A stretch of DNA of 64,000 nucleotides, taken from Felis catus (taxonomy: Eukaryota). The notes beneath the pieces were generated by a model. It saw only the letters and a list, made by a program, of their open reading frames with translations. It had not been told where the DNA came from and searched no databases. Where the stretch lies: positions 8,806,001 through 8,870,000 of the forward strand of contig NC_058369.1 in NCBI RefSeq assembly GCF_018350175.1. The letters run 5' to 3'. The position numbers and the translations under genes are program-made. This document shows positions 38,356-49,700 of the stretch, piece by piece. Each line of letters opens with the position of its first letter. Position 1 is the stretch's first letter.

Positions 38356-41300
38356 TGGAAGTTGCTCTTTGAAACTTTCCCTGGTGTTCTGTCCAGTCAG
38401 CGATGCCCTAACCTGAGTTATAAGTTTAATTAACTTCAGGGGCGCCTGGGTAGCTCAGTCGGTTGAGCCTTGGACTCTTGATTTCGGCTGGTCATGATCC
38501 CAGGGTGGGGGATGGAGCCCCACCATGGGCTCCTCGCTGATCATGGAGCCTGCTTTAAGATTCTCTTTCTTTCTCCCTCTGCCCCTCTCCCACTCTTGCA
38601 TGCTCTCTCTAAAATAAAAAATGTTTGAATTATTTTTTAAAAAGATTTATTAACTTTTGTCTCAGCTTTTTAATAAATATTTATTTAATCACGGCTTGAA
38701 ACATAACGTAAAATATTTCCAAAGAGGTAAGGAGGTGAATTTCAGGGAAAAAAAAATCCAAAATTACATCGCATGAATGTTATTTGTTTCCCTTTAGTCT
38801 TCCTTTGATCGTGTTAGTAATATTCTGAGGTCTGGTTTTTTTTTTTAAGTTTATTAATTTATTTTGAGAGAGAGAGAGCAGGGGAAGGGAAGAGAGAGAG
38901 AGAGAATCCCACGCAGGCTACGAGATATCAGAGCATAGCCCAATGCAGGGCTGGATCTCACGAACTGCACGATCATGACCAGAGCTGAAATCAAGAGTTG
39001 GACGCTTAACCGACCTAGCCACCCAGGTGCCCCCTGAGGTCTGTTCTTTTATTTTGGGTGAGTTCAAAAGGGTTTACACGGTTCAGACGTACAGACCTAA
39101 GTGTTCAAGTATGATTAACAGTCTATAGAAATTTCCCCCAATGGGAATAATAATGTAACTTTTTCTTCCTTCAGGATACAATAGATACTTGGGGGTTTTC
39201 TTGTTGAGCTAGCAAAGTGCCTTACAATTTTCTTCCCTTCTTTCACCTTAAATTTTGCTGGATTGTTCAAACACTGGGTTTGTGTCATTTAAAATAACAC
39301 GCATCATGGGACTCCTGATCTCGGAGACGTGAGTTCCGGCCCCGTGTTGGTTGCAGAGAGTACTTAAAATCTCAGGGCATCTGGGTCGTTCAGTTGGTTA
39401 AGCATTCAACTCTGGATTTGGGCTCAGGTCATGATCTCACAGTTGTGAGCTGGAGCCCTGTGTCTGGGCTTAAGATTCTCTCTCTCTCTCTCTCCCCCTC
39501 TGCCCCTCCTCAACTTGCACACATGCTCTGTCTCTAAAAAAAAAAAGAATAATAATAATAATTAATTAAAATAAAGTCTCAAAAAATAAAATAAAATGAA
39601 ATAAGACTCATGGTTCAAAGCAACTCTAGTTGGGGGGTGGAGGCAGAGGTCTCAGGGCTCTAAGCTAAGGCCTTCCTTGAGCCTGCAGAGGTAAGTATTT
39701 GAAGGCCCAGTTATTCTTTGTTCCTGGGGAGCCTCCCCCTGCAGGTGTCTTAACCTGCTCACACCCACCTGAGAAGGAGCCCTTTATGCTGAGAAGCTAT
39801 TGAGCCCAGGGGGGCTGGGGATACACCTGTAGGGGTAGGGTGGAGGTGGGTGGACCCCTATGCCTTTTCTAAAGTTGCAGCTGAGGTTCCTTTAAGTCTT
39901 TTTTTTTTTTTTTTTTTTTAATGTTTATTTTTGAAGGAGAGACAGAGCATCAGCGGGCGAGGGGCAGAGAGAGAGAGAAACACGGAATCCGAGGCAGGCT
40001 CCAGGCTCCCAGCTGTCAGCACACAGCCCGACAGGGGCTGCAACCCATGAATCATGAGATCATGACCTGAGCTGAAGTCAGACACCCAACCGACTGAGCC
40101 ACCCAGGCGCCCCTGAGGTTCCTTAAGTCTTTTTTTTTTTTTTTCAACGTTTTTATTTATTTTTCGGACAGAGAGAGACAGAGCATGAACGGGGGAGGGG
40201 CAGAGAGAGAGGGAGACACAGAATCGGAAACAGGCTCCAGGCTCTGAGCCATCAGCCCAGAGCCCGACGCGGGGCTCGAACTCACGGACCGCGAGATCGT
40301 GACCTGGCTGAAGTCGGACGCTTAACCGACTGCGCCACCCAGGCGCCCCACCTTAAGTCTTAAAACTCCCACAGGTTGGTTTTCCGTCCACAGTGTAGGG
40401 GAACTCGGAGTACAATTTGTTTACATGGAGAAGTCTGAAAGTCGAGAGCTCTGTGTCCTGGAACAGACATTCTGTGTCTCCCTCTCTCTCTGTTCCTCCC
40501 CCACTTGGGCACACACACACTCTCTCTCCCTCTCTTAAAAGTAGATAAACATTAAAAAAATAATTTAAAAAATTTACTCATTTTTAGTATCAGTTTTTTA
40601 ACGAATGAAAATTTATTTCATCAATATAACTTGAAACAATATAGAATATTAACGAGGAGGTAAGGAAAGGGTGTGTTTCAGAAAAAAAAAAATTCCAGTA
40701 CTACATTGCTTGTATTAGAAATTCTTTAAAGAAATAAAATAAATTCTTTTAAAATATAATTTTATTTAATTATTTATTTTTTAGTTGGAAAAAAAAAGGC
40801 TTTCTTTATTTTATTTATTTTATGTAAGCTCTACACCCAACGTGGGGCTTGAACTCACGGCCCCCAAGATGAAAAGTTGTATGCTCTACCCAGTGAGCTG
40901 ACAGAGGCGCCTGCTTGTGTTAAAAATTCTCGTTCCCCAATTCTCAGCATTGGTAGTAACATTCTTTTTGTTTGTTTTTAATGATTTTTTTTTTAAACGT
41001 TTATTTATTTTGAGAAAGAGAGAGAGCCCTTTATTCTGAGAGAAGGTGCAGGCTGGTGGAAATCGGGGATGGCACTCGGGGTGGGTGGGGTGACGAGGCA
41101 GCCGAGGCCTTTCTGGAGTTGTAGGTCTCATTGCCTTGGGCCTGTTCCTAGGCCTGGTCTTGCACGCCCGGCGGAGGTGCGCTCAGTATAAATCACGTCC
41201 GTCGAGAAGTCTGTGAAAGTCCAGTTCTGTGTCCTGGAACCGGGTCAGTGAATGGGGAGGTCATCTGGGTCAGAACCTTAAACTGAACCCTGCTGAGTGT

Positions 41301-42300
41301 CCTCACTTGGGAGCCTGGAACCCTGAGGCAGGGAGAGGTTCCCTTTGCCCCGGGGAGGGGAGGGGAGGGGAGGGGAGGGGAGGGGAGGGGAGGGGAGGGG
41401 AGGGGAGGGGAGGGGAGGGTGTGCAGGGCTCCCGGAGCGCATTCCTGTGGCTGCTCGGGTGTCCCTCCCTTCCCTCCGCGGGGACTGACCCACTCCAGGG
41501 CTTCTGTCTCCACCGGGACAGTCTAGACCCGGGAACCTTCTGAAGGTGGCTTTCCTCGTGTCCTGTGGGACGCGGGCTGCTCGTCCCTGCTGAGTCCAGT
41601 TTCTCTCCTGGATTCCTTTATTGATGGAACAGCGCAGCCCTTGGGCCCCGGTTTCCCCCTGCACTTGGGCCCCTGAACTGTAAGCTGGTGGAGAGAGACG
41701 GTGTGAGGCAAGCTAGAAAATTATGGAACCAAATAGATTTTGTGTTCTGTTTAGCCAAGAGAACCTTGAGATGTGAGATGAATGTGTTTAAGTTCTCGAG
41801 TACACTATTCCATTCTTGGGTCAGTTTTTGTTTCTATGTGTCCCTAGTCCTCAGAGAACACTGACATTCAACAGGAGAAAAGCAACTGAATTCCTATTTT
41901 CATTGATGTGAGGAAAACTACCCAAGGCTTATGCAAATTTATTAAAATGCAATACATTTAAGGAGCTAAACTCAACCCCCTAACACACTGTAATAGGCTA
42001 CTTATTCTCAGAAAATACCCTGAGTGTGATAGAGGGGAAGGGCAAACTGTGATGCCCCCATGTCATCTGTCCGAAAGAGATTTTTTTATGGTTTACATTT
42101 TGGTGACCTTTGTTGTTTAAAGGAATTAAATCTGAGAATGGCTTCCTGAAGACAGAGTTAAATTAAAGAATAGTAAATAGCAAAATACTGCATAAGCTTA
42201 TTTATTTTTTAATATAATTTATTGTCAAATTGGCTAACATACAGTGTGGTTTTGTGTTTTTTTAATATAATTTATTGGGTATCTTTATTTTAAATACATC
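38356..42300 (+). pseudogene. Headless remnant(s) of a + strand ZNF paralog intron 1
   Basis: 38358-38780 and 40570-40740 match the reverse complement of ~24720-24950; 39650-39800 matches the reverse complement of ~23530-23660; no KRAB or ZF exons seen downstream on +. Confidence 0.6.
41024..41712 (-). repeat. Arm B of the ~690-bp inverted duplication, containing (GGGGA)n
   Basis: Near-identical reverse complement of 22861-23549. Confidence 0.95.
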
Positions 42301-42546
42301 CATAAGATAGAACAGTCTTAACTTAAGAAAATCACTGTGGGGCGCCTGGGTGGCTCGGTTGGTTGAGCGTCCGACTTCAGCCCAGGTCATGATCTCGCGG
42401 TCCGTGGGTTCGAGCCCCGCATTGGGCTCTGTGCTGACAGCTCGGAGCTCGGAGCCCGGAGCCTGTTTCGGATTCTGTGTCTCCCTCTCTCTCTGACCCT
42501 CCCCTGTTCATGCTCTGTCTCTCTCTGTCTCAAAACTGAATAAACA

Positions 42547-42588
<42 letters not shown>

Positions 42589-42604
42589 AAAAAAAGAATC
42601 ACTG

Positions 42605-44020
42605 TGGAGATTTAGGAGTTAAGATGGCAAAGTAGTAGGGGGACCCTGGGCTTGCCGGGTCCCTCGGACACAGCTAGATAAACATCAAATCATTTTGAAC
42701 ACTTAGGAAATCAATCTGAGGATTAAGGGGGAAATCTGCACAATTAGAGGGAGAGAACTTGGCAGGTGTCGAGATGTGACCTGGGGGGAGAGCAAAGCCC
42801 CATTGCTGAGGAGGGGAGGGAGCCCTTTTTGCGGGGAAAGGACAGAGAGGGAGACAGCAGCGCATTTGGTTTGCATGAGAAAAATACTCAAAGGAACTGA
42901 CTGTCGCCAAGTTTTTACACACAGTGGCGCTGCGATTCTGAAGTTTTTGGAAGTCTGTGTCATTGGCCAGAGTCAACCTGGGAGGGCAGCAGTGCTCCTG
43001 GGGAGAAGGAGGGTGGAGACCCAGGAGCGGACAGCATGGTGTGGGGATCCCCTGGGGAGCCCTGGGAGAGAATGTTCCCCTTCCTGGAGTGCATGCGGAA
43101 GAGGGTATGTTGCCTCTCCGAGGACAAAAGAGCCAGCGGGCACCGCTGAGTGGCCATTCAACAGTGGAGGACAGGGACCTGCGGAAGCTTGGGACACAAG
43201 ACGGGAGACTGTTCTTTTCTGGGAGGGCTTCCTGAACAGCATAGGGGGCAAGCTCCCCTCTCCAGGGGAGGAGAGAGCCCGTGAAGCCATCTCCCCCCAG
43301 CCCAGCAGCCCGGTGGGACCTCAGTGAGTAACACAGCGCCCCCAGTGGCGGCTGGAGCTACTTACACCAACCCCTGCCTGGGCTGCTGCTTTATCTTCGC
43401 TAAGGCAGGTCTCGCTGTGACCCAGCACAGCGGGGCCTCTCCTGAAGAGGACCGACACAGGGCCCCCCTCCCCCCCCATGTTTTTTGTTTGTTTTTTCCT
43501 TTCCTTTTCTCGTTTTTTGGGTCAGGCCTTTTTTCTTTTTTTCCTTTCTTCTTCTTTGGAATCGGGCTTATAGTTTTGCCTGTTTAAAAACACATTTTTT
43601 TTTTAATGTTTATTTATTTTTGAGGCAGAGACAGCACGCGAGCGGGGGAGGGGCAGCGAGAGAGGGAGACACAGAATCCGAAACAGGCTCCAGGCTCTGA
43701 GCCGTCAGCCCAGAGCCCGACGCGGGGCTCGAACTCACGGACTGCGAGATCGTGACCTGAACTGAAGTCGGACGCTTAACCGACTGAGCCACCCAGGTGC
43801 CCCTGACCCCTTCTTAATACAGCATTACTCTCAGGAGCAGGAAACATAACAAGGGCTCATAGCACACAAAAGATAGAAACCCAGACAAAATGACAAGGTG
43901 GAGGAATTCTCCCCAAAGAAGGATCGAGGAGAAATCACAGCCAGGAATTTACTCAAAACATAAGTGATTTAGCTGAACAAGAATTTAGAACAAAAGTCTT
44001 AAGAATACTACCTGGGCTTT

Positions 44021-44066
<46 letters not shown>

Positions 44067-44872
44067 GACACAGGAGAACCCCTTGCTGCAGGGATAAAAG
44101 ACCTAAAATCTAGTCAGGCCAGAATAAAAAATGCTATAACTGAGATGCAAAACCAAGTGGATGTAATCACGAGGATGGAAGCAGAGGAGCAATAGTGATA
44201 TAGAAGATAAAATATGGAAAATAATGAAGCTGCAAAGAAAAAGGAAAGAAAACTATTAGATCATGAATCTGGACCTAGGGAAGTAGCTACTCCATAAGAT
44301 GCAATAATACCCATATCATAGGCATCCCAGAAAAAGAAGAGTGGGAAAAGGGGGCAGAAGGTTTATTTGAACAAATTATAGCTTAGAACGTCCCTAATCT
44401 GGAGAAGGAAACAGGCATTCAAGGCCAAGAGGCACAGAGAACTCCCCTCAAAATCAACAAAAACAGATCAATACCAAGACATCTCATAGTGCAACTTGCA
44501 ACATACAAACACAAAGAATCCTGAAAGTAGCTAGGGACAAAAGATCCACTACAAGGGTAGACATGTAGGGTTAGCAACATACCTGTCCACAGAAACTTGG
44601 TAGGCCAGAAGGGAATGGAATGATATATTCAACGTGTTGAATGGGAAAAATATGCAGCCAAGAACACATCATCCAGCAAGGCCGTCATTCAGAATAGAAG
44701 GAGAGGAACGCTTGGGTGGTTCAGTCCGTGAAGCGTCTGACTCTTGATTTCAGCTCAGATCAAGATCTCACGGTTTGTGGGATTGAGTCCCGTGTGAGGC
44801 TCTGCGCTGACAGCATGGAGCCTGCTTAGGATTCTCTCTCTCCTCCTTTCTCCCCTCCTTCCCTGCTTATGT

Positions 44873-44911
<39 letters not shown>

Positions 44912-46420
44912 ATAAATAAATAAACATTAAAAAAAAAAAAGAATTAGAAGGAGAGATAAAGAGTTTCCAAGTCAAGGAAAAACTAAAGAAATTCATGCAC
45001 ACTAAACCCACTCTGCAAAAAATATCAAAGGGGACCCTTTTGAGCAGGAAAGAGAGACCAAAAGCAACAAAGACTAGAGAGGAACAAAGACTATCAGCAA
45101 CTTAACAGGTAATACAGTGGCACTAAATTCATATCTATCAGTAATTACTCTGAATGCGAATGGACTAAATGCTCAGTAAAAAGACATAGGGTATCAGAAT
45201 AGATCAAAAACAAAAACAAAAACAAGACCTCTTGATATGCTGCTTACAAGAGACTCATTTTAGACACAGACTGAAAGTGAGGGGGTGGAGAACCATCTAT
45301 CATGCTAATGGACATCAAAAGAAAACTGGAATAGCCATACTTGTATCAGACAAACTAGATTTTACACTGAAGACTATAGCAAGAGGTGAAGAAGGGCACT
45401 ATATCATCATAAAAGGGCTCTATTCACCAAGAACTAACAATTGTAAATATTAATGCCCCCAACTTGGAAGCAGCCAAGTATATAAATCAATTAATAACAA
45501 ACATAAATTCATTGATAATAATATAATAATAATAGGGGATTTTTAACACCCCACTTACAGCAATGGACAGATCATCTAAGCAGAATTTCAATAAGGAAAC
45601 AATGCCTTTGAATGTCACTGGGCCAGATGGAGTTAACAGATATATTCAGAACATTTCATCCTAAAACAGCAGAATACACATTCTTTTCAAGTGCACATGG
45701 AACATTCTCCAGAATAGATCATATACTGGGTCACAAATCAGCCCTCAACCAGTACAAAAAGAGTGAGATCATACCATGTATATTTTCAGACCACAACGTG
45801 ATGAAACTTGAAATCAACCACAAGAAATAATTTGGAAAGACCACAAATACATGGAGATTAAAGAACATCGTACTAAAGAATGAATGGGTTAACAAGGAAA
45901 TCAAAGAAGAAATTTATTATTTTTTCTTTTTTTATATGAGTCATTTTTTTTTAACGTTTATTTATTTTTGAGAGAGACAGAGAGTGAGTGGGGGAGGGGT
46001 AGAGAGAGAGGGAGACACAGAATCTAAAGCAGACTCCAGGCTCTGAGCTGTCAGCACAGAGCCTGATGTGGGGCTCAAACTCACGAACTGTGAGATCATG
46101 ACCTGAGCCAAAGTCAGACACTTAACTGACTGAGCCACCCAGGCACCCCTTGAAGAAGAAATTTTAAAAATACATGGAAGCAAACAAAAATGAAAACACA
46201 ACAGTCCAAAACCTTTGGGATGCAACAAAGACAGTCGTAAGAGGGAAGTATATTGCAATAAAGGCCTCCTTCAAGAAGCGAGAAAAGTCTCAAATACATC
46301 TTAAAAAGCTAGAAAAAGAACAGCCAATAAAGCCTCAAGCCAGCAAAAGAGGGGACATAATAAAGATTAGAGCAGAAATAAACAGTATAGAAACAAAACA
46401 AAACAAAAAACAGTCAAAAA
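42605..46420 (+). mobile_element. Degenerate LINE-1 5' portion: 5' UTR, ORF1 and ORF2 endonuclease
   Basis: ICCLQETHF (45232 ORF), FSSAHGTFSRIDHILGHK and FSDHN (45612 ORF), QNLWDATKTVVRGKYIAI (46174 ORF); aagatggc-type L1 start near 42620. Confidence 0.9.
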
Positions 46421-46629
46421 GGGGCACCTGGGTGGCTCAGTCGACTTTGCCTCAAGTCGTGACCTTATGATTTGTGAGACTGAGCCCTGTGTCCAGCTCT
46501 GCATAGTGTGGAGCCTGCTTAGGATTCCCTCCCTCCCTCTCTCTCTCTCTCTCCCTCTCTCCTCTCTGCCCCTCCCCTCCCCCGCTTGCATGTTCTCTCA
46601 AATAAACTATAAAAAAAAAAAGAACAAAA

Positions 46630-47060
46630 TTTGCACCTATTTTAATATCCATGGTGGCATTCCACCAGCATTCCATGTGATGGAGAACATGGAAACGCTG
46701 CTGGTCTCTGTCCTTAACCAGGTCAGCCTTGACCAAAGACAGGGCCCAGTGGGCAGCAGGATTAATCATACACCAGAAAATCATGCTAGAGGAGGTCCTG
46801 GCCAAGAGTCCGCCTTATCTTCACATTTTTACAGACCTTGAGGCCATTTATTGCCGATGATCCAGCTGCCTGGCACCAAGAAAAATGCCTTAGCTGAGGT
46901 CATCCCTTGCCTCACAACGACTCAGATACAAAAGAGGACCACATATGTCTCTGCACATAATAAAAATCAAACTGGACAGACTCATTTCAATCCTCAGGCT
47001 AATACGTTACTTCAATTTTTGGAAACACATACTGATACTTTAGTTCCGCTCTGGAGCAAA
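46630..47060 (+). mobile_element. ERV-L (class III) pol RNase H remnant
   Basis: AQWA...LHIFTD..AI and YVSAHNKN...FNPQANTL resemble ERV-L SAQWAE / YTDSWAV / HVSAH...FNNQVD motifs. Confidence 0.6.
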
Positions 47061-48689
47061 GAAAACAAACAGGGGCTTTGGGAAGTAGCCTTTGCAATAT
47101 CAAATTAGTGAGGTGCTCCTTACGTTCCCAAGGGAGTATGGGAATGGCTTATTTGAATAATTCTATGGACAGACATGGTGATGATACCCACTATTGTACT
47201 GAAATACTAGTCTGTGAAAGTATACACAATACCACATTGGATAATTTTACACCATATACAACATCATACATCAGATGTAAACAATACTTTTTTTTTTTAA
47301 TGTTTATATTTATTTTTGAGACAGAGAGAGACAGCTTGAGCAAGGGAGGGGCAGAGAGAGAGACACAGAATCCGAAGCAGGCTCCAGGCTCTGAGCTGTC
47401 AGCACAGAGCCCGACGCAGGGCTCGAACTCACAAACTGCGAGATCATGATGTGAGCCAAAGTCGGACGCTCAACCAACTGGGTCACCCAGGCGCCCCGGA
47501 AATACTTTCTATTAATATACATGGAAAAAAAAGCCACAACAAAATTTCAGTGAACTGAATCCAGCAATATATAAAATGACCTAAGCCTGATGACCACTTG
47601 GGATTCAAACCATGGAAGCAATACTGGTTTTGCATCTGAAAATGAATTAATGTAACAAACCACTAACAGAATAAATGCCCCAAACTACAGAATCATCTCA
47701 ATAAACACAGACAAGCATTTGACAAAGTTCAAATACACCTGAGTAAGAACAACATTCAATAAACTATGATAAACTACCTCAATAAACTACCTAAGTGTAA
47801 AATAGGTAACCATTGAAAAACCCAGAGCAAACAAATTCTTGATGGTGAAAGAATAAAGGCTTTCTAAGATCCAGAAAAAAACAAAAATAAAAACAAAGGA
47901 AAACAAAACAAAACAAAAAACCACCACCACCAACAACAAAGTATGCTCTCACCAGTTCTTTCAATGTGGTAACTGAGGTGTCACAAGGGCCATTAGGCAA
48001 GAATCAAAAATAAAAGCATTCCAAGTTTCAGAGTCCATTGATGCATACTTTCCCAGGCAGACATATGAAATCACAGACTTTGTTGTGGCACTTTTTTTTT
48101 TTAACGTTTATTTATTTTTGAGACAGAGAGAGACAGAGCATGAACAGGGGAGGGGCAGAGAGAGAGGGAGACACAGAATCTGAAACGGGCTCCAGACTCT
48201 GAGCTGTCAGCACAGAGCCCGACGCGGGGCTGGAACCCACCAACTGTGAGATCATGACCTGAGCCGAAGTCGGACGCTCAACGGACTGAGCCACCCAGGC
48301 GCCCCTGTTGTGGCACATTTTTATGGACACGCAGACACTCAAGTTCACAAACCCTCAGAGATAACGGCCCAGGGAAGCCCTGCCCATTGCCCCGCCCCCC
48401 CCCCCCCGCCCCCACACTCCCCTGTAGTTTTCTCTCCCTCCTTAGCTCTAAGAACCACCTGATCAATTGCAGCTCTTACTTCTGTCTTGTTTCTGGTCTC
48501 CTAGAATGTCAACGTCAAGGGGACAAGGATATTTGATCCTTGTCAGTCACTGCAGCACCTGCTAGAGAGCCTGTCACGCAGGAGGAGGTCGAGAAGCATT
48601 GACTAACTGGCTTCGCAGACACACACCGACCTCCCCCCAGGAACCGTGTCGGCTTGGCTTGGTCTTAAAAGAGTGAATTGCTCTCACCC

Positions 48690-49700
48690 CCTTCCCACGT
48701 GACAATCCCAAGCCAATCCCCAAGGGAGGATCCACGTGCCCCTCCTGATGGCCACGTGACTTCACACTCCGTGAGCAGGAACCATCCGATAAGGCCATCT
48801 CTTAAAAACAAAACAAAACAAAACAAAAAACACAACTCGGGAACCTCGAGAGGGGAGTCGGGGCCCATGGCAGCTGTGCCAGCCCCTCGTACAGCTATAA
48901 CGGCCTCCCTTTCTACGCTTCACAACGTGACACCGTGCTCGTTTTGCTCTTCTATCCTGGATTCACCGAGGGGCGCACGGGATGGCATGTCCTCCATCAG
49001 CTGCCACGTCCTCTGCTGAGTTCTCCTGGGTCTGGTATCCATGTCCCCCTGAGGTCTCACCCCTGCACAGAGGTCAGGCTGGTCGGCCACCTAGCCCCGT
49101 CCTCTTAGTGGCTGCCCCTCCCCGGAAAACGTCTGCTGGGCGGGCGGGGGGGGGGGGGGGGAGTATGGCAGCCCGGGGACCTCAGTCCCCAGGCCTCCCG
49201 GCCGCAGAGATCACTTTGTGGACTCAGGAAAGCACTGGAAGCTGTTGAAAGCGCGTCGAGATGTGCCACGGCCCATCTCTGCCTCTTCCCTTCAAGGATC
49301 AGGCGGCGTGGCCTCTGGCGAAGGGGGGCATCGCCTCCCACGCCTGCGCACTCTGGCAAGGACGGACTCCCCGCCGTTCCCGCCGCCCTCTGTGGGGTGG
49401 GGCCCGCGCGGCAGCCTGGCGGCCACCTTTGAAGAGGGCGTCCCGGGCCTGTGCGGGTCGGCGGTTTCCGCTGGAGACCTCCGTTTCCCGAAGGCCTCAG
49501 GACTGGAACTCTGTAGGGGGCGTCCTGGTCCAGAAAAGGGTTGGCTGTGGCCTTGAGGGATAGGCTCCAAATTCGCCGAGGTGAGGGAACGGGGCAGAGT
49601 TAGCGCGTGGGCAGCTGACACCTCAGGGCGGACTGTGCCACAGAACCCCAGGAGGGAGAACGTCTCGGGGAACAGCCCGGCGCCTGAGAGTCTCCTGGGC
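48690..49700 (+). promoter_or_regulatory. Orphan CpG island, candidate promoter and first exon of a non-coding transcript
   Basis: High CpG; three CACGTG E-boxes (48696, 48733, 48753); NRF1-like cgcctgcgca at 49341; donor GAG|gtgagg at 49580/49581. Confidence 0.6.

Noticed and set aside
38359..38390. KLLFETFPGV as a continuation of L (KVLFNGRPEV)
   Set aside because: The DNA is homologous to gene 1 intron 1 (reverse complement of ~24920-24950), so the match is probably coincidental and is not counted in the EVE.
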